Source of the DNA: an uncultured Vicinamibacterales bacterium
GTDB taxonomy: Bacteria; Acidobacteriota; Vicinamibacteria; Vicinamibacterales; JAKQTR01
Assembly: GCA_964396055.1 (NCBI GenBank)
Contig: CAYNDV010000003.1
Span: 14,423 to 78,422 of the forward strand
Length of the DNA: 64,000 nucleotides
Direction of reading: 5' to 3'
A model generated the notes under the pieces. It made no database searches, had not been told where the DNA came from, and saw only the letters and a program-made list of their open reading frames with translations. Below are positions 61,524 to 64,000 of this stretch, piece after piece; positions within the stretch are counted from its first letter, which is position 1; every line of letters begins with the position of its first letter. Made by a program: the position numbers and the translations under genes.

Positions 61524-62375
61524 ATGAAGACCCTGCTCGTCGGCTTCGATTCGGCCTGGACGCCAGCAAACGCCGGCGCCCTGGTGGGGATCTTGTGTCT
61601 TGAGGACGGCACCTATCAAGAGCTTGGGCCGCCCGAGATCGCGACATTCGGCGAGGCGCAGCGCCTGGTCGAGGACTGGCAGGCAGTCCACAATCCCAGC
61701 TCGACTCTCGTGCTACTCGACCAACCTACGGTCGTTGTGAATCCGACGGGTTGCAGGCCGGTTGAACGCATCGCCGGGGCGGCCATCAGCCGACGCTACG
61801 GCGGCATGCAACCCGCCAGCAGGGCGAAGGCAACCATGTTCGGCCCGGAGGCGCCAGTCTGGAGGTTCATCGATCGATTTGGTGGACCGGCTGTCCCTCA
61901 GGATCGCTACGCGACGAGCCGAGTCCTTGAAACCTACCCCGCCTTGGCGCTCATTGCTCTGGGGTGGTGCCTCCCGGACCGTCCCGAGACTGGGCGGGGA
62001 CGACCCGCAGGCCGTCTACCGAAGTACAACCCCGCCAACCGGAAGAAGTTCAACCAAGATGACTGGCGCCATGTCTGTGCCAAGGTCCGCGACCAACTCC
62101 TTCGCCGCAGCCTCGTTGAACTCGCCAGATGGGCCGACGGAGCACGAACTGCGGACCGACCGCGCAAGGCGGACCAGGACAAGCTAGACGCCTGCCTCTG
62201 CCTGCTCGTGGCGTTGCATCTGGCGGAAGGGAAGGAGTGTCTCGTCGTCGGAAACTACCAGTCAGGCTACATCCTCGTCCCAGACAGCGAGGAACTTCGG
62301 GGCGAGTTGACGAACCGCTGCCGCGATATCAGCTACACGCCGGGCGACTGGTTGGCTATCGCGTCATTGGGGTAG
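61524..62375 (+). CDS. DUF429-like (RNase-H-fold, predicted nuclease) protein
   Basis: 283 aa. LLVGFDSAW (N-terminal acidic motif), VLETYPALALIALG and DKLDACLCLLVALHLAEG match the DUF429 pattern as I recall it. Confidence 0.5.
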   Translation: MKTLLVGFDSAWTPANAGALVGILCLEDGTYQELGPPEIATFGEAQRLVEDWQAVHNPSSTLVLLDQPTVVVNPTGCRPVERIAGAAISRRYGGMQPASRAKATMFGPEAPVWRFIDRFGGPAVPQDRYATSRVLETYPALALIALGWCLPDRPETGRGRPAGRLPKYNPANRKKFNQDDWRHVCAKVRDQLLRRSLVELARWADGARTADRPRKADQDKLDACLCLLVALHLAEGKECLVVGNYQSGYILVPDSEELRGELTNRCRDISYTPGDWLAIASLG

Positions 62376-62426
62376 GAGTGGGAGCACGATGGTCTATACC
62401 CGCCCGCCGAAATAGGACCACGCGCA

Positions 62427-63497
62427 ATGCTGTACGCCGAACTGCACGGGAAGTTGGACGACAGCGCGTCCAACCACGAACGCATCGAGGACATCCTCAC
62501 TTCGACCGTGTTCGGCACCCTGTTCCTGGCCGACACGGGAGTTCAGGTTCTCTGCGAATGGCTTGGTTGCGCCAGGCGAATGGCATCAGACGGAAGAATC
62601 GCCGAGGAAATCCCTGCCATCCCCGCCGACTCCGCGATGCAGCACTGGTTCTGGCCCAGCCTTGCAGAGGCCGAGCCGGATCTCCTGATCAGGCTCGGTC
62701 ACAAGTTGTTCGTGATCGAGGTCAAGTATCAGTCAGCGATGGGCCAAGGTGACGAAGACGGCGTCGCAGCTGTGGGCCATGTCGAGGTTCCAACGAAGTT
62801 CGGCAACCAACTGGCTCGACAGTGGCGGTCCTGTTCCGTTGACTCACCACGGTTCGACCGATACGCACCGGATCTGCAGGCGGCAATTGCCGAGTGTGAG
62901 TTGACCCTCGTGTACCTTGTCTCAAGCCAGCACTATCGGCGTGCTACGAGAGAGTTGCACGGGTCGTGGGCCGAGATAGGACCGTCCGCTGGGAAGGCCG
63001 CCAGTCTGTGCCTCCTGACTTGGCAGGACCTCCATCGAGTCCTGGTGCTCCGGCACCGGCGCCTGGGCGGAGTCACCCCACGTTGGGTCCCGGATCTGGC
63101 CGCCTTGCTTGCCGACAGGCGCAAGCTGGCGGCGTTCATCGGGTTTCCACAGTCGATGGGTCAACAGTTGGGGGGAGCCGCGGCCCAGGTGTCCGCGTGG
63201 GGGACTAGGTGGAACACACCAAGAGCTGAACTGCCGTTTCAGGCGCTCACGAAACTGGACCTGTCCGCTGTCCACGAACTGGCACAAGCGATGTCGGCGT
63301 ATGCGGTTGCGCGGAAGCCAAGAGCACCGCGGGCGCTGGACGGGCTCGACTGCCGGGCCATCCACGCGGTCGCGGCCGGCGACTGGCCGCTAACGAAGTC
63401 AGCGACCCGCGAACGTTGGCTGGCGGGACTGGATCTGGCCGCGATCCGACTCGTTGCGGGAAACTGGCAATCGGTAATCGGAGGCACTGATGACTGA
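62427..63497 (+). CDS. PD-(D/E)XK-type nuclease-like N-terminal domain plus a C-terminal triple ~30-aa repeat
   Basis: 356 aa. Nuclease-like motifs are ERIEDILTSTVFGTL, EAEPDLLIRLG, LFVIEVKY and NQLARQW. The C-terminus carries three copies of an LD..A(V/I)(H/R)..A...W motif: KLDLSAVHELAQAM, GLDCRAIHAVAAGDW, GLDLAAIRLVAGNW. Confidence 0.5.
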   Translation: MLYAELHGKLDDSASNHERIEDILTSTVFGTLFLADTGVQVLCEWLGCARRMASDGRIAEEIPAIPADSAMQHWFWPSLAEAEPDLLIRLGHKLFVIEVKYQSAMGQGDEDGVAAVGHVEVPTKFGNQLARQWRSCSVDSPRFDRYAPDLQAAIAECELTLVYLVSSQHYRRATRELHGSWAEIGPSAGKAASLCLLTWQDLHRVLVLRHRRLGGVTPRWVPDLAALLADRRKLAAFIGFPQSMGQQLGGAAAQVSAWGTRWNTPRAELPFQALTKLDLSAVHELAQAMSAYAVARKPRAPRALDGLDCRAIHAVAAGDWPLTKSATRERWLAGLDLAAIRLVAGNWQSVIGGTDD

Positions 63498-64000
63498 GTT
63501 GGATGCGAAGACATTCGCGGTCGGCGTTCACGACGCCATCCGTGCGGCACGGAACGTCTATGGCGCCGTGCGGCAGATGCGCGAGGAAATCAAGGTGGCG
63601 CTTGAACAACCACCGACGCCGCCGTTGTTTGATCTCGGGATCCGGGCTGAAGCTTCAAACCGCCACCACCCTGAAGAGAAGATCCTGCGCTCGTGGGAGG
63701 GCCGATTCTACGGCGACAACCCAGCCGAGGCAGACGGTGAACCGGAAGACGAGGACGATGACCTGGATGGCGAACCGGACGAAGAGGAGTCACCGAAGCG
63801 ACGGGGACCGCTGGTCATCGTCGCAGGACAGCGGCTGGCTTACATCAAGACCGTGATCTTCCAGGCTGGCGGGGAAGCAGCAGAACCTCACATTCTCTAC
63901 GGTGTACTTCACAACGCCCGCGTCGGGTGTGGCTGGCCTGAGATTGAGGTGCGTCGCTACAAACTGCAGGAAGTCTTCGCGTTGATCAACGCTGGCCGCA
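63490..64000 (+). CDS. Hypothetical protein with a strongly acidic linker (partial; runs off the window and is not in the ORF track)
   Basis: The ATG at 63490 overlaps the previous gene by 8 nt. Hand translation is open for 170 codons: MTELDAKTFAVGVHDAIRAARNVYGAVRQMREEIKVALEQ...DNPAEADGEPEDEDDDLDGEPDEEESPKRRGPLVIVAGQRLAYIKTVIFQ... Confidence 0.55.
   Translation, partial: MTELDAKTFAVGVHDAIRAARNVYGAVRQMREEIKVALEQPPTPPLFDLGIRAEASNRHHPEEKILRSWEGRFYGDNPAEADGEPEDEDDDLDGEPDEEESPKRRGPLVIVAGQRLAYIKTVIFQAGGEAAEPHILYGVLHNARVGCGWPEIEVRRYKLQEVFALINAGR

Larger units (their letters stand above)
59763..64000. mobile_element. Putative tRNA-Gln-associated genomic island (left part only; no integrase in the window)
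   Basis: There is an att-like duplication of the tRNA 3' end. Sampled G+C drops: 53% at 60301-60360 and 52% at 62701-62760, against 72% at 30001-30060. GC3 is lower. Gene content is defence/TA-type. Confidence 0.4.

Noticed and set aside
59763-64000. Integrase, transposase or recombinase expected next to the tRNA att-like repeat
   Set aside because: No ORF in the window has tyrosine- or serine-recombinase or DDE motifs. The island call therefore stays at low confidence, and the enzyme may lie beyond 64000.

Overview
High-GC bacterial chromosomal segment. Hand counts of sampled 60-nt stretches give about 70% G+C, and third codon positions are almost all G/C. Gene content is reminiscent of Acidobacteriota, but that is inference only. 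No database search was possible, so all family calls rest on motifs read from the translations. Many long ORFs in the supplied track are Arg/Pro/Gly-rich antisense or off-frame artefacts. Several real starts lie inside track ORFs. ORFs that run off the window edges (1..2391 minus, 63490..64000 plus) and ORFs under 60 aa are missing from the track.

Layout:
- 0-2.4 kb: propeller/Y_Y_Y sensor, partial.
- 2.8-8.2 kb: methyltransferase, two Tat-exported Gfo/Idh/MocA oxidoreductases, GH29 fucosidase, ROK kinase.
- 8.3-18.2 kb: orphan MacB-type permease, DinB, CpxRA-like two-component system divergent from a NodT-MacA-MacB efflux operon, then MarR-YceI.
- 18-23 kb: CE15-like esterase, YgjP-type metallopeptidase, a secreted protein with an internal duplication, an ABC-2 pair.
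- 23-47.7 kb: a fucose-centred glycan-utilisation locus. It holds a BNR/sortilin-like protein, FucP, GH43, a TonB-dependent receptor, two giant uncharacterised proteins, PL10, GH95, an S9 peptidase and an SGNH esterase.
- 47.7-59.4 kb: mixed genes, including a DUF5916/CBM9-like protein, EfpL/YeiP, a PEGA protein, divergent Ada-AlkA/Ogt, SYLF, methyltransferase, PLC-like and Smr proteins.
- 59.7 kb onward: tRNA-Gln(CUG), followed by a 98-bp tandem repeat that duplicates the tRNA 3' end, then a lower-GC island running off the window.

The island carries convergent AbiEii/AbiEi-like remnants. It also carries a co-directional cassette of a 55-aa ORF, a DUF429-like RNase-H-fold protein, a PD-(D/E)XK nuclease with a triple C-terminal repeat, and an acidic-linker protein. 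This cassette is my best candidate for an undescribed (defence-type) system.

Several unexplained repeat families are also present:
- an AT-rich 21-bp perfect palindrome (4 copies)
- composite heptamer microsatellites, (GGGRCRT)n plus (AAGAAGC)n
- REP-like hairpins
- an AAAAGGGGCCWGGCCCCTTTT hairpin (2 copies)

No rRNA, CRISPR array, integrase or transposase was seen.
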